Below, piece by piece: positions 36,082-51,200 of a stretch of DNA of 52,690 nt; the first letter of the stretch is position 1, and each line of letters begins with the position of its first letter. The notes below the pieces were generated by a model, which ran no database searches, was not told the origin of the DNA, and saw only the letters and a program-made list of their open reading frames with translations. The translations under genes were made by a program, and so were the position numbers. The stretch is from Girardia tigrina (lineage: Eukaryota). The stretch spans positions 75,592 through 128,281 of the forward strand of contig MQRK01183776.1 in NCBI GenBank assembly GCA_001938485.1, given 5' to 3'.

Positions 36082-39000
36082 TCAAAAATCAGTGTGGATA
36101 TCTGATCGGCCAGTGACGCATCCTAGAGATTTTGATAGGTGAGGTAATAACTTTATTTCGTTTAATTTTTGGAAACTGCTCAATGTATATGAAACGAATT
36201 CCAGTTGGCTTTGATAATTTTCCAAAAGAGTTTTACCTTTCTGAAGAACGAAAAATTATAAATTTAATTTGTGAATTAAAACAATAAAAATTGGATACTA
36301 TGATTATTTTTTGCATTTAAAATTAAAGCCATAAAGAAAAATTAAAATTAAATTAAATTAAAAAAATAATTACAAACAATAGTATTAAACCAATATACTC
36401 TTTAAATTTGTCCAATAAAATGGAGATTTTAAGCTCCGTAATAGGCCTCCTTCAGGATGTCAGTTTTCGCTTCGGTATTCTAGTGAGGAACGACTACTCA
36501 GGGGTATTAGTCCCATAATTCTGCATCTCCTAGTTGTGTCCATGTACTTAGCACATACGCGAAACAGATAGGAAAAGAATCCTCTCGCATTAAAATCGGT
36601 GAACCGGTAATCTCGGTCTGTTTCTAAGGGAGTCATTTCTAACTCTAATGTAGAAATAGCATTCAAATCGAAAATTGGTGATTGATGTTTTTTGGCTTCT
36701 GCATTTTGTATTGAAAGCTTATTGTCTTTCTTCTGTATTTCTGGATTGATTGGAATCATTTGGTGATACTTGAATTCACTGCATTTATTCCATTTTGTGA
36801 GCTGTCATTATATATTTGGTTAGACATCCTCGGGTTTTTAGAATTTGCTGAATAGATGGGTTTAGTATTCTCCCGATGCTTCTAGAGAATGTATTGATTT
36901 GTGATATTTTTTTCGTGAGAGTTAAGTTTTTTCTGCTCCGTTAACTTTTTAAGACAAGAATAATAGTATTAAGAACACCAATGTGACTTTTAATATTTTT
37001 ATTAATATATTCAAAGATGTAATACATTTACATTCTTCTAATTGATTAATGACTTAAATTTTATTATTTGAGTAAATATGGATTTTATAGACCCTTAAAA
37101 TACTGATTATATATTTTATTATTTAAAAATTAAAATGAATATTAATTATTTAAAAAGTATTAATTCAATTTATTTATTTAAAAATTGTAAATAAAATTAA
37201 TCAACTTATTTAAACTTTTACAACTATTTTAAATTAGAAATAAATTGAAACATTATATATTTTTATATAACAAGAATTAAAATATTAATCAGCCATCATG
37301 GTATGAGATACACAATTCCAAATCAACATACAACATTCAAACACAAAACATCAAAAATTCCAAATATTTCTGACACATAGGAACACTGTAATAATTTAAT
37401 TTGCATTCTAATAAGTTTCGGTGGGGCCTCCGATTTGTGTTTTGTTATGGGGCTTTTGCAAATAATCGTGTCAATCCTGCCTCGTATTCGAAGCAGAGCC
37501 TGTCCTGCTGAATTATTCTTAAAAAATCATCAAATTAAATGGTTTCTCTGAACAGCCATTCCATATCAACTTGCAGGCAATGACTAATGTGCTGTTTCTT
37601 TCTGTTTGAAACTTTTCTTCCTTCTGTTATGCAGGAATCTATAACACTTCAACTTCAAAGTAACAAATCTCAAGTTAAATGAGAATTAAGTACTATTCTC
37701 ACTTCATTAAAGTTGACTTTTGATATGTGTAATCTTAACTTTTACTTAAGGAATATCTTTTAGATCGAATTGATTTGATGCAACTAGTCAAAAGTTCTCA
37801 TGACAGCTACTGAAGATTGATCTTTGGATCATATGACATTATTTGTTACTTTTATGACACTTCTAGTATATCTGTAACCGTAATTTTTGTCTTATTTAGA
37901 GATAAAATATGGAGTCTCTCCAGTGTAAATGGCATTTCATCTATTACAAGTTTACGGAAAGTGAATGTTTGGATAGCAATTATATTACGTGATCTTTTGA
38001 TCATCAATTGTCTAAATGTCAAAGATAACAAAAGATTAGTAAATATTAGAAACATGAAATAACTGATCCAAATTATTTTGAGAAAGGTTTGTATTAGGAT
38101 TATTTATATTAAAAGAACTACAATTAGCTGTTGTCTTATCATTTTATAATTTTTTGTCTTTCGTCTTCTTCGAAGATTTCAATTTAACGAAGTAATTAAT
38201 TCATTTAATTAATCTTGATCGATCACAAATTCAGTAAATCGATCAGATTTTCTGATCTACCAATTGATTAGTAATTTATTAGCAACACTTAAAGAACCTC
38301 AAAAAATCTATATTTGTATAATATCAGAGTTTTTATACTAATTCGGTAATCTGTGTACTCAAACTTCATTTACAAAGAATTTATGATAAAATTAACTTTA
38401 CCAGTGCTATTCGAAATATTGAAGACCAGTATCTCAAAGACGCTTCGGAAGGAGCACAAAAATATGTAATATATTTCGGATTTTGTTCTCCATATGTCTA
38501 AATTTTAATTAATCCAGATTGAAATTTAAAAATCAAAAAACTTTAAGACAAAATCCATAGGGAGTTGGAGTTTTGCACTGAGACCAACCTCCGATGGTAG
38601 TGTACAAATGCAAACTCGGATGAAGACTGATGATCAATTCCAAATCAGAGAACTACAATATTTACAATTAAAGAACGATATTCATATGCAAATTACATTG
38701 TTTTTATTTGACTTCTTGTATGAGTAAATACCTGAATTACGTAAAACACAAAGACTTTTTTTCCAAGTTTTCCTATGAATTTTTCGATAAAATAAGTGAG
38801 ATTTATATCTTGGTAACTGAGGAACAGGTCCTTCAAATATTTCCTAATACGAAATTATATGTAAATTTTATAAAACTTATTATTATGAAAATATTATTTA
38901 ATATTTAAAGAATATTAAACATAATTTATTGAAACGTCTTTACACATTCTCCATGTATTGTCTGTTCAAGTGGAATTTCTCAATCGGTTTTAAAGTTTCT

Positions 39001-39158
39001 TCCTTTTAGCTTTGAAATTTTGAACACAGCTTAAAACTACATGACAATATAATATTTCACAAAAAACTGAAAAAAATTTTGAGAACCGTTGTTTTAAAAT
39101 ATGGTTTCATAAAACATCGTTATTTATTGTTATATATAATGAAGCTACTTGTTGTTTG

Positions 39159-39202
<44 letters not shown>

Positions 39203-42200
39203 GAGCTAATAAAAAGAATGGAAAAACTCTTTAAACATGCGATTATTTTTTTAATTTTAGTTTTGATATTGAATTATTAGTCTAAAAATCATTTTTTTTA
39301 CCGTGTTTGAAATATCTATATAAATTAAAGGCCTGATTTTTCGATTATCCGCTATAAAAGCTCAGAATCTCTGTCTTTCTCAAATTCAAGTAATATAAAA
39401 TAATTTATAATTTTTCTTCTCAAGATTTAATTGTTCCGATAAATGAAATATCTTTTAGAAAATCTTCCTAAAAGTTTTCTTAAAAAACTTTTGAATCAAA
39501 TCGATAATGAATCTTAATCTAAAAGCGTTCCCTGACATTGGTCAATTACCATCGAGGTCTTCTAAAACAATAAAACACTCCGGCACACACTGCACGTTGG
39601 ATTCGTGGTAAAGTGCAATAGCTGCAGGGGATCGAAGTTTTATCACAGCCTACTTACAGCGCCAACCTTGCCCCCAGTGACTACCACCTCTTTCGGGCAA
39701 TGGTAAATTTTCTCAAAGGGAGGCAGTTCGATTCAGAATAAGAGATTGAACAAGGGTGCCGCTATTTCTTTGCTTCCAAAACGACAGAGTGGTATCCCCG
39801 TAGAATTGAGCAACTTGCGGAAAGATGGTTGAAATCCATCGAAAATAAATGCGTGTATTTTGAATAATAAATGTGTTCTGTTTACATGCTTTGTTATCTT
39901 GAAAATATGAATGGAAATACGAAAAAAACTTTTGAATGACCCTCGTACTAAACTAATATTATAAAACTATATTAATAATATATTAACACTTCTATTTTTA
40001 CCTATAATATTTTTAACAAAAGAATTGCATAAAAACGCATAAAAAGACTGTACAAAAAATGTTGGACTGTATACTAACTCTAAAATATAACAACGACAAA
40101 AATCATATAATAATAATAATAAAGCAGTATTAAATATGAATTTCCCAAATATTATTTCTGTTGGATTGTTATGCATCTTGATAATTATCAAATATTCAAA
40201 GTTATCCGAAGGTTGTTGAATGTAGCAAACTTATAATATTATTAAAATTTTATAAAAAAATCCTTTTAATGTTTCATTTATTTACTCAATTAAACAATAA
40301 GAATCTGAAATATAATCTTACAAATATTGACTTTTTATAATTTCAGTAGTTATAACAACTGATGAAAATAATTTTGGCCGCTGGGTAATTATGAAATGGC
40401 AGCATCTTAAACAAAGATTTGAAGGAAGACTAAAGAAAACACTACCAAACTTTCTTAAAGGAAACCGACAATAGATAATATTGAATCAATAAAGTCAAAA
40501 CAATCAATGAAACGATAATTGATCTTCATTGGAAAAGAAGAAAGATATTTAAAAGCTTAACATCAAAGTCAGAATTCATGGGTATTCAATCAGTAACATT
40601 AAAATCTTTTGATTACCACATTCGCGGTCGGTTATCTCATATGAAGTACTTTTGCTTTGTTCCAAAAAATTAGGGGTGCGGAATTAATTTCGCTAAAGAA
40701 CTAATTTCGCTAAAGAATTAATTTCGTAAGTGGACAAATTTCACTAATGTTGATATTATTTTGGTTATGATTAATGAAACCCGATATTTTAGAATAAATT
40801 AATTAATAAAAAATTGTAAAAAATTAACATTTTTTGTCTTAATGAAATCTAGAGAATATCAACATTACAAGTTGGTTATTCAGAAAATAAAAGAAAAGGT
40901 ACCTCAATTTTGGCCGCCATTAGCAATTTGACTTTGAAAAAGCTCCAAACAGAACATTTCGTGAAATATTCTTACCGATTACCTATCAAGGCTGCTATTG
41001 TCATTTTAAGCAGGCCATGGTAAGGAAACTTGGCGAACTTGACTTGAAATATTTTTTTAATTCGCAATAAAGAATTTAACCAGCTGATAAATTTGAAAAT
41101 GGCGCATAGATGTTTGCCATCTGATAAAATATCTACATTATTTAGTACATTGAAACAAACAAGGATCGGAACTCGACAACAACAAACAAAAATAGCCTCT
41201 TTTCATCTCTACTTTGAAAGGACATGGCTTATTGATCCCGCGATAGTCAATTGGTTCAATTCCACGAATCTTGACCAACAATTTCTCCGAGATCTTCAAC
41301 AAGAAACTAAAGATGAAATTTGGGGTTCATCATGGCAATCCATTGGTTTTCACTGAAACTCTGAGCAACATTATTGATGATATGAGACTAGAGAGTTTGC
41401 GCATAAGAAATGAACTTAAAACTACTAGACAGCGTGATCCTAATATTCTATCAAATCTCTTCCGAGCTCAAAGATAGTTTAATAAATAAGGAAATCACTC
41501 CATTCTAATTTCTTTGCAGACACTTGAACATTTTGGAGATTGAACCTGCAATTCAATCAATATTTTAGACCAGCAGTGACCTTAAAGACGATCAATTTTG
41601 TGTCAAAAAAAGATATTTCGTAAACAAAAATATTTGTAGTGAAATATATTTTTCGTTAATAATATTGCGTTATTTTTATATACAGAGACATGTTATAAAA
41701 GGTCGTTCAAGTTATATTCAATTGTTGTTTAGTCTATGCATTATTTGTGTATAATTTTAATATTTCCTAATTAATTTTTTAAAAATAGACTTTCATTATT
41801 ATTAAAATTATTAATCACTTTAACCCGTTGACTACTGGAGTAGTGACTACCGTAAACCCCGTATATGGGTTTACGGCTTATAAGTTTTGAACGAAGAGGA
41901 ATTTTTAATGCGGTTTTTTTCAAAATATTACTATTAACTTTTCTAGTCAAGCTCTCTCGCTCTCTAGTCCAACTCAATTCAATTTATTGCATCAGAACAA
42001 AAATGGAGCATGTGGAACAGTGAGAAAAAATCATAAAGGATTGCCAAAATTCAATGGAAAATCACGAAAAGGAGATATTCAATGATTTTCGTCTTCAGCT
42101 CTTCCAGCAATGAAATGGAAAGACAAACGAGATGTCCTCATGTTGTCGACTGTAAATAGTACAAATTTCTTGAAAATTGGAAAAATTGATAAATCAAATG

Positions 42201-45200
42201 GAACAGAAATTATGAAGCCCGCTCTAGTCATGGAATATTCGAAAAAAATGGGAGGTGTTGATAAAACTGACATGCAGATATCATTCTCTGCTTCAATTAA
42301 AAAAACTTTGAAGTGGTATTAAAAGTTATTCTTTCATATGATGGATATGGTGATATTCAATTCGTATATAGCATACAGAATGAAGCACAATGCTAAAGAC
42401 TTACAGCTTGCTCAGTTCAAATTGCTTTTGGTCAGAGAAATACTTCAAAGATATGGTCCTTCAGAGAGAAATAGAGTTGGTAGACATTCTAATGCTCCTA
42501 CATCTTTGAGATTTGTTGCTCGTCCCTTTCCCGACAATGTTCCACAAGATCCAAAGAGTAGAGAACGAAGTAGAAGAAATTGTATTGTTTGTAGTGCGAA
42601 ACAAATTCGACAACGAAGTTAATTCATGTGCCTTGACTATAATGTACCATTATGCGTACCAAATTGTTTTCGAATTTACCACACTAAGCTTCATTTTGAT
42701 GTAGATGAATGATAAAAACCAATTCTAATCAGTAAAATATAATAATACTGCAATATTCATTGAAAACTCTTGTTTGTAGCTCAAAGAACTCATTTTTGTA
42801 ACTCTTATGTAATAAATATTTCTAAGTCTTTTTTAAATTTTTTTCATGCTGAATTACTTTTGTTACGTCTAAAACTTCAATAAAATTAACATATATCCAA
42901 AAAAATTATTTATTTTATTTATTTGTGTAATTTGAAGAATTAATTTACCTTTTTCTACAATTTTACTTTAATTTTTTACAATTTTTAATTAATTAATTTT
43001 TTTCTAAAATACCGGGTTTCATTAATAATAACCAAAATAATATCAGCATTAGTGAAATTAGTTTACTAACGAAATTAATTCTTAAGCAAAATTAATTCTT
43101 TAGCGAAATTAGTTCTTTAGCGAAATTAATTCTTTAGCGAAATTAGTTCTTTAGCGAAATTAATTCTTTAGCGAAATTAGTTCTTTAGCGAAATTAATTT
43201 CGTAACCCAAAAATTATCTTTCTGAAATTATAACTTTATATCTTATATTATTTTTGAAATTGTAACTCCATTAATTGGAAACAGTAATATGAGAAAAATT
43301 TTTCATGGAAGGATGTTCTAAAAAAGGTGCTCAAATCCACATCTTATGTGAATTCAGACCATCCACAAAGGTAAAAAAATATTTCTTGTAATTAAATTTA
43401 TGAGTTAAAATAGATATTCGATAGAATCCCTAGGTTTATTTAGAGATTGACCGAGAGTAGTAGAGTCATGGCGCATATGGATTTGCTGCTGTTCGTGATG
43501 GGCCTATTTTTAAGATAACTGTTTATTCAGATTTCTCATGATTTAATCGGCTCGAGCGATATGGTCTTTTATTTTACTTCAATCGTTAAAAATAATTCAA
43601 ATCTATAGAGAAATAAAACACAACCAAGTCTTGAAAAGGAATTGTCAAATTTAAAGAAAATCTCGATCATAAAATTTTAGCAAAAGAATAATTCGTGAGC
43701 AAAATCTGTACAGTAAATCGTTAAATCAAATCCTTTAAAATTTGAACAAATATACAGTAAAAAATTGTAAAAAATCAAAAATTCGTTTAAGTAAATTATT
43801 GAACAAGTCTGGGAGGACTCCCGAATAAACCACCAACATGGTGCATTCAAACAATAATAATTTATTTTCAAACAATTATTAATAATTATTAATGAATAAA
43901 TTAGTAATTTTTCACCAAAAAAAGAAACAGTACTTAAACTAATCAAAAATCTATTTTTAATTCTTATTTTTTATAATTTTATTACTAAATTCTTTATAAT
44001 TATTGTAATAAAGCAAAACGCAAGGCGGTTGCAGCAATATTTATTTCGAATAGAAAAACTACGATGACAAATCACCGATTCAAACAAATGAAATAAATAT
44101 CTCTACACGCCCCCTGATATCAAGTCACTCAAGCCGTGCAAGGGGGGAGAGCATTATAATCCAATTGCGGTCCTAATACTACATCCCGAGTGGCCGAGCT
44201 CAGCCCATACCCGAACTTTAGCTTGGCTCTCGCGATAGCCATAAAATCCAATTTATCTAGTTTCCATGTCTTCTATCCTCGCTCACAAAAGTAGTAGGCC
44301 CTGTCGGCTCAACAATAGCGCCTTCAGCGCTCTCATGGACACAACTCCTGCTCCACCCAAACGATCAATCAGTGGCTCGTTCAAAACGCTTATTCGCCCG
44401 ACATGCGTCCGTAATCGATCGTCAAATTTAACGCCATCCACGAATCGAGCCCTGACGTCAACTTGATATCGTCCAAAATCCCTGCGACGCGTTTCTCAAT
44501 CGCCCGCGCTTCCTCGGGACCCGCCTTCTGATCGCCTGATTGTCCTTGAACACGAATACCCCGGTCACTTTCACCATGCACAACCGCAACCCGAGTCTCA
44601 GCCGGTCGAGCATAAGCGTCGTCAACGCCCATCCGTCCACGCTCTCGGACACCAGCACGAATGACCATTGCGATTTTCTCCTAATCCCTCGACCACCTCG
44701 AGCTCTCCACATTGTGCTACCGTTCCCGATCGCGATCGTGCCATCCCCCTGGATCCTCCAAATTACCTCCGAGGTAAAACTACCGACCAGCCGGTCCCAA
44801 TGCCACCTGTACGATCACCTCATGCACCGCCACTAGACTCGACATCCCCTCAGACCAGCTACAACACTCCCAACCAGAAACCGATTTGAATGGCACCCCA
44901 GTCGAAGTGAATCACGCCTTCGAAATTCCACCAAACACACAAAAGTGTCTTCCTTGAGAAACGATCTCGTTTCGCCATTTGTCCGGGGTCCAAACATTGA
45001 TTTGGTTGTTCTGGATTACTGAAGTAAACCCACTTTTCATTGCAAGTTACAATTTTCAATTCTTTTATTCAAATTGTTTTTGGGACTGGGAGAAGTTTGT
45101 CTGATAATCATTGTATGTTGATTGAAATTTGTTGAGTATGTAGTTATTAGGGTGAACCAAAAGTCTTTTCGTATTTTTTATTAAAAATTTCAACATAATT

Positions 45201-48200
45201 TTACAACAAATAAAAAACATTAAAGTTTCAAAGTAAAGGCCATTTGAATCTATAGCTTGAACCCATCTATGGGCAAGTTGTGCGATCCCACTGCGGTACC
45301 AATCCTTGTTCTTAGAAGCGAAGAGCTGGTGACACCCGTTTTCGACCTCGGCCAGATTATTGAAGCGGCGACCACGAAGAAAGTGTGCCATAGAGCGGAA
45401 AAGGTGATAGTCGGATGGCACAAGATCCTGACTATACGCTGGGTGTGGAAGAAGTTCAAAGGCGTCGAGATATTTGATTTTTTCCTTTGTTTGTTTGGCG
45501 GTGTGCGGTTTTGTATTGTCCTGTTGTAGAAGAACTCTCTTTCAATTGATCAAAGCGGGGTATTTCTGGCCAAGTGCCGCATACATTCGATCAAGTTGGG
45601 CGCTGTAAAGGTCAGCGTCGATGGTACGACCATTTGGAACCAGCTTGAAGTAGATCACTCCTTCGAAATTCCACCAAACACACAAAAGTGCCTTCCTTGA
45701 GAAACGATCTCGTTTCGCTACTGGTTTCGCCATTTGTCCGGGGTCCAACCATTGATTTTGTTGATCTGGATTACTGAAGTAAACCCACTTTTCATTGCAA
45801 GTTACAATTCGACGGATGAAACGGTCATCGCGCGGATTTTCAAGCAATTTTTGGCAAGTTTCGAAACGCTTTTCGGCTTGAATTTGTGTCAATTCATGAG
45901 GCACTTCTCGACATCGTCTATTGACCTTGCCAAGAGCGTGAAGGTGTCGTACAATGATGTTTGAAGAATATCGAGTTCGGCCGACAATCTGCGAGTACTT
46001 ATTGACGGATTTGTCTCGACGGCTTCACGAATTACTCCGTAATCTGCGGCGATAGGTCGGCCTGAACGTGCATTGTCTCCGAGGTCAATGTTGTCTTTGT
46101 TGAACCTTTTGAACCAATTTTGTGCAGTACGATTTGAGACCACATTATCGCCTTAAACTTCTCATACCTTCTTTGTTGGTGCAGTTGTGTTTAAGCGCTG
46201 TTTCCAGTAATGGCGTAAAAGAACACGAATTTCAAAATTTTCCATGATTTTTCTAAAAGACCATAAAAATTATATTAACGACTAATTAGAAGTTTTAATA
46301 TGTATTGTGATAGAGCAGTTCAAGAGCTTTAAAAACATATAACACTTGTGTATAAAATATCTTTATTTGGTAATAAGAAACAATTGAACACAAAGACGTA
46401 GAAAATACGAAAAGACTTTTGGTTCATCATAATATTAGAAGAAGACCCGTCATATATGACGGGTGAGCTGAATTTTCGTTTTTAAAAGTTTCTGCTTTAA
46501 TTTTTAAATCGTAATTATTATAATTTATTATTTATTGTTTCGAAATCTGTTTTGATTTAACCGTCAGTCAATTAAGTCGGCTCTCGGCACCTTTCGGCGA
46601 AGGCGCAATACAGACAGAACCGTCTCGATGCGGACTACGCAGACTGACGTCAACTTTACTCTCTGTTATTACACCATTTCGCATTTTATCAGCATATATA
46701 TGATCATAGTAAAATTTGAGCTTGACAGACAAACCGTGATTCAGATGATAACGAAATTTTTCAAATTTAACCTGAAATGATTTTTAGAAAAATAATTAGT
46801 AAATAAGTAATAGAAATAGTCATTTGTCAATTGAATTAATATGTTATTCACAAAATAATTTATTCTTCTTAATTAATATGTTATTCACAAAATAATTTAT
46901 TCTTCAAATAAACTGAAAAATATATACAAAAAACCTGTGTCTAAAATTCTTTAAATATTATTTTCCAAATTTTATACTGTTTTGTGAGAATTAAAATTTT
47001 TTTTATATTAATTATAATATTATAAAAGCACTTCGTCTCAAAAACAATTTAAACATTTCTGACCCCAAATACAAGCAAAGTAAACAGGCAACGTGAGTTT
47101 GAAAGACTCTCAGGAAGTAGCAAATGATAATATAATAGTATTTAAGCAAGTATATTTTTAAACTCAAAATTATAATTATTTATATATTTAAATACGTATT
47201 TCTTAGTTAATGTATTTATTTAAATATTTGAAGATTCCAAAAGACTCACGTTGTCTGTTCTGGAGTTACTGAATTGTATTACATTAAGCAATAATAAAAA
47301 ATTACATGTATATAACATTTTTCGGCTTCGTCAGCGAAACTACTTCCAAGCCATTTCTAAAAGAAACCGAAAATTAATTTCACTTACTCATTTTATAATT
47401 CTTGTGTCAAATATTATAATATTACTAAATTATACAATCAATGAACAGTAAAATTAAAATTGCTTACGTGGGTACAATTTATAATTACACGTGATACGAT
47501 CAAAAACTTCGTGGACTCGAATATATAGGAAAATAATGCAATCATGAAATTTTTGTGTCTGATAATAAAAAATCGATAGTTGTTTAACTTCTTACATTTG
47601 TTTATTTTACAGTGCGTTCCAAAAGTCTGTTCGCACCCATAAAAATCATCACTTATATAAATTTCCTAAGTAAAAAGACGATGAAGTGGAAGTAAATATT
47701 ATATTTACAAATAAAAATGTTATTTTTAATATTTTGTGTGGTATCATTTCATCTTGATGATTGAAGACACCCTTCGCGGCATCAAATCGACAAGTCGACG
47801 ACATAAATAAACTTGGTATGTTGTAACACAACTTTTGTATTTCTATCCACATTTTCTCTGAATTCAAAGTATCCATATTATTTATTTTTCTCTTTATAAT
47901 ACCCCACAAGTTCTCAATTGGGTTTACATCTGGTGAGTTGGCAGGCCAATCAAGAATATTTATCTTCTTTGTTTTCAAAAAAGACACTGTTGATGNTGAT
48001 CGATGGCAAGGCGCATTGTCTTGCTGAAATATAAAATTTGGAAGAGGGAATACCAAGCATTGCCCTGTAATGTCTATGTCATTGACAATTAGGTCTTGAT
48101 AGTTCTTCGAATATAAATTTCCGTTTATCCGTTTTAAGATACCAACACCAAATCTGGAGAAAGGCACCAAATCTGGTGCCCATACATGAATTTGGGCACC

Positions 48201-51200
48201 GTGTTGGAGGACCTTCTTAGTACAAATGTAACTAAGCCTTTCATTGTCAAATCTTCTAACGATTTCGCTACGAGTGTGGCTATATGTGCGGAACATAGAT
48301 TCATCGCTAAAAACTACATTCGAGCACTTATCGATGTCCCAATTTTGTTTATCCCGAGCCCATTCAACTCTTCTTTTTCGTTGCTTTCCATTCAATAAAG
48401 GCTTGCAAACAGCATAATGACTTTTTAAACCGTACTTTATCAAAATTCTATTCACTGTACTTCGTGATGCATGTATCATTCCAGCTGCATTGAAAGCTCG
48501 TGTTATTTTACTTATCGACATGCACCTATTTTTCAAGCATATACGGCGAATAATTCTTTCAGAACGTTTTGGTAATTTTGAAGGTCGTCCACCACGTTTT
48601 TTATCTTCATATGTACCTAATGTCTTCAACTTATGTACAATATTTTGAATGCCCCGCTTTGAAACAATAATACCATGTCTAACCTTCATAATTTCTTGTA
48701 TCCGACCCGTTGAATGACCGAATAATTCTACAATAATAATCCTAAACCTTATATCTATATTTCGATATTGAATCTAAAAGATAGACATTTAATTAATTCA
48801 TTTTAAAAAAAGATGGTCTTGATACTTCAATTTTAAATTTACTAAAATTATTTAAATTAAAGCATTTAAACAAATTAAAAAATTTAATAAATAGCATAAA
48901 TCAAAATTTCAATGGGTGCGAACAGACTTTTGGAACGTACTGTAATATTCGCTGATAGAAAAAATATCACGTGACGTACTACTCAGAAAAGTGTTCTTAT
49001 ATGTGGTGAAGTAAATATGGAAGGGAAGGAAATTATTGAAAATTTGAATGCTTTAAGCGTGGATTCGATAATGTGTCAGAAACTTTACTAGATGTTGACT
49101 TGTAGTAATCGGAAATTAAATGAAAAGTTAGATCGAAACAATTGTGCGACACGAAAAGGTAATTACAATTTACAAAAATAGTAGCTCGAATCAACATTAG
49201 TTATGAATCTTGTCAGTCTTTCTTAAAGTCCGTGTAAATAAGAAAAATAGCATCTTCATTTGTTCCTACGTTTCTTATCGGAATAATGAATGAGGCTCAA
49301 GCTAAATGTTGCAACGAAAATCTCAATCTGTTACATTAATATGATAATGCATATTTAAATAAAATTCTCACTGAAGATGAAACATCTTTGTCAATGTAAT
49401 TGTCCGAATAGAAAATGAAAAGTACTAAACTAAAGTTTCCTGATTTAGCTGCTTGAAAAGGTTGATAAGGAACGAAGAGACAACCATGCATTTTAATAAT
49501 ATTGTCATTTCAGATCAAAGGATGAACTGAGGAGCAGTTTAATAATTACGTTATAATTATGGATCCTAAATTTTCTAATTCTATTTATTAACCTCTTGTA
49601 CTCGTAAAAAGAGTACAGTTGCCTGGAATGTTTTCCTCATTTGGGCGTAAATCGACTAAAGTCCATGACTTGTAAAAGACGTTAAATTAAATTTAAGAAA
49701 AAAAAATTTTTTGATATTCAAATTTCATATTTTTAGCCCCTCATCTCTCTAAATATAACCTGACAACTATTTTTTGGTGTATTAAATCAAGATATTGATT
49801 AAATAATATTAGGAGGAGTTTTATGAAATAGTTAATTCTTTTATATTATAGATCTATAAGGGAATTGGTGTATTATTATTTCCTAAAAAGAGAGAAAATA
49901 CCCGTACGGTGGACTAACTGTATTATATTCGGCAAAGATGGGGGTTGGGAATAGTCATATTTCTGGTATCGATAATTTTTTTAGTATTAAAACGTTATTG
50001 TAAAAATTGGCACCCAAAAGTCAAATCATATTAACTTGAATTTACTGAAGCTTCAAGTTGTGTCTCTGTTTATACATTGGTCTATTTGTCTGATAAAAAT
50101 ATATGTCTTATGGGAGATTTCTGCAATGTATGTGTTGTAAAATATGTATTTGATTTTCTTAAATAAAATAAAGATTGAAAATCGGGAAAGAAAAGATTAC
50201 CAATCAAACCAATATAGACCATTTGAAGCAATATAGAGCAAAATTCTTCTGGAATACTTCTTAGCAAAAGAGACTCCACTTACACATATTCAGTAGTCTA
50301 AAAGGGATTCTCTTTCAGAATGAAAAAAAGCTTTGTGAACATAAACTAATTTACATTAGTGTCATAAACTACAATAACGTTGTAATAACAATCAAAGAGA
50401 AGAGGAGAAAGCAGGAAAAGGTTCTGCTTTCTTGTTCATACAAAGGAATTTATAGACCAGATTGGTTAATGTTGATTCATTTTAATTTCATCCTGATTCA
50501 TAGATTTAACAAGTTCTTCAACAAAAACCCAAGAATATCTAGAAAAATCCATTTCTATAACACCTACACTGGTGGCAGAAATGTATGAAGGGACAAGAAT
50601 AACACATAAAATACAGTCTACCAATGAGATATTTATTTTTGTAAGAAAACTTCTACCGCTTTTAGTTTACCTTAGATCAAAGACTTATTGGACGAGCCAT
50701 ATATAATAGCTTTTATCAAAACTTCTAAATGTAAACACATTACAATCGATTTCATTACTTTTAGGGGAATATATTTTTTATTAGAAACTAATAATAGCGT
50801 AATTGCTGAAGAATATCACTACGGACTAAAATTGCTCGACTTCGATTCCGAATCCAACTCCTATATTTTTAAAATGTCCGACTCCGACTCCGACTCCAAC
50901 TTCGACTCAGCCTTCGACTCCAACTCCTTTTTAGATCAATTTATAATATTTGTTATTATTTTGGTCGGAGTCGAGTTTCATGACTCCGACTTCTGAAATT
51001 CTCTACGACTCCGACTTCGACTTAGCCTTAGACTCCGACTTCTTCAAATATCCTTAAACTCCGACTCCTTGACTCCGACTCTGACTATGCAGCCCTGCTT
51101 ATTGAATGTCAATTCTTTCAATAAGTTAATCTTACAAATCCTTTCTCGTTCAACAATGATGTTTTCCAGTTTCATATGGTTATTTTATTTGCTACGAAAT

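Noticed and set aside
38708-38908. Plus-strand ORF initially read as a hAT fragment
   Set aside because: It is the antisense of a PH-domain exon.
43075-43200. Regular repeats that could suggest a CRISPR array
   Set aside because: Head-to-tail 18-bp units without unique spacers, part of a MULE TIR in a eukaryotic genome.
46560-46655. GC-rich hairpin as a tRNA or ribozyme
   Set aside because: No cloverleaf, A/B boxes or hammerhead core; more consistent with TE internal structure.
47247-47266. Possible micro-exon of the RA-PH gene (AG..GTGAG)
   Set aside because: Including it breaks the phase with the next exon; the 51-nt exon alone restores the expected spacing.
50688-50996. ORF with SDSDSD repeat
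   Set aside because: Translation of the (GACTCC)n MITE repeat.
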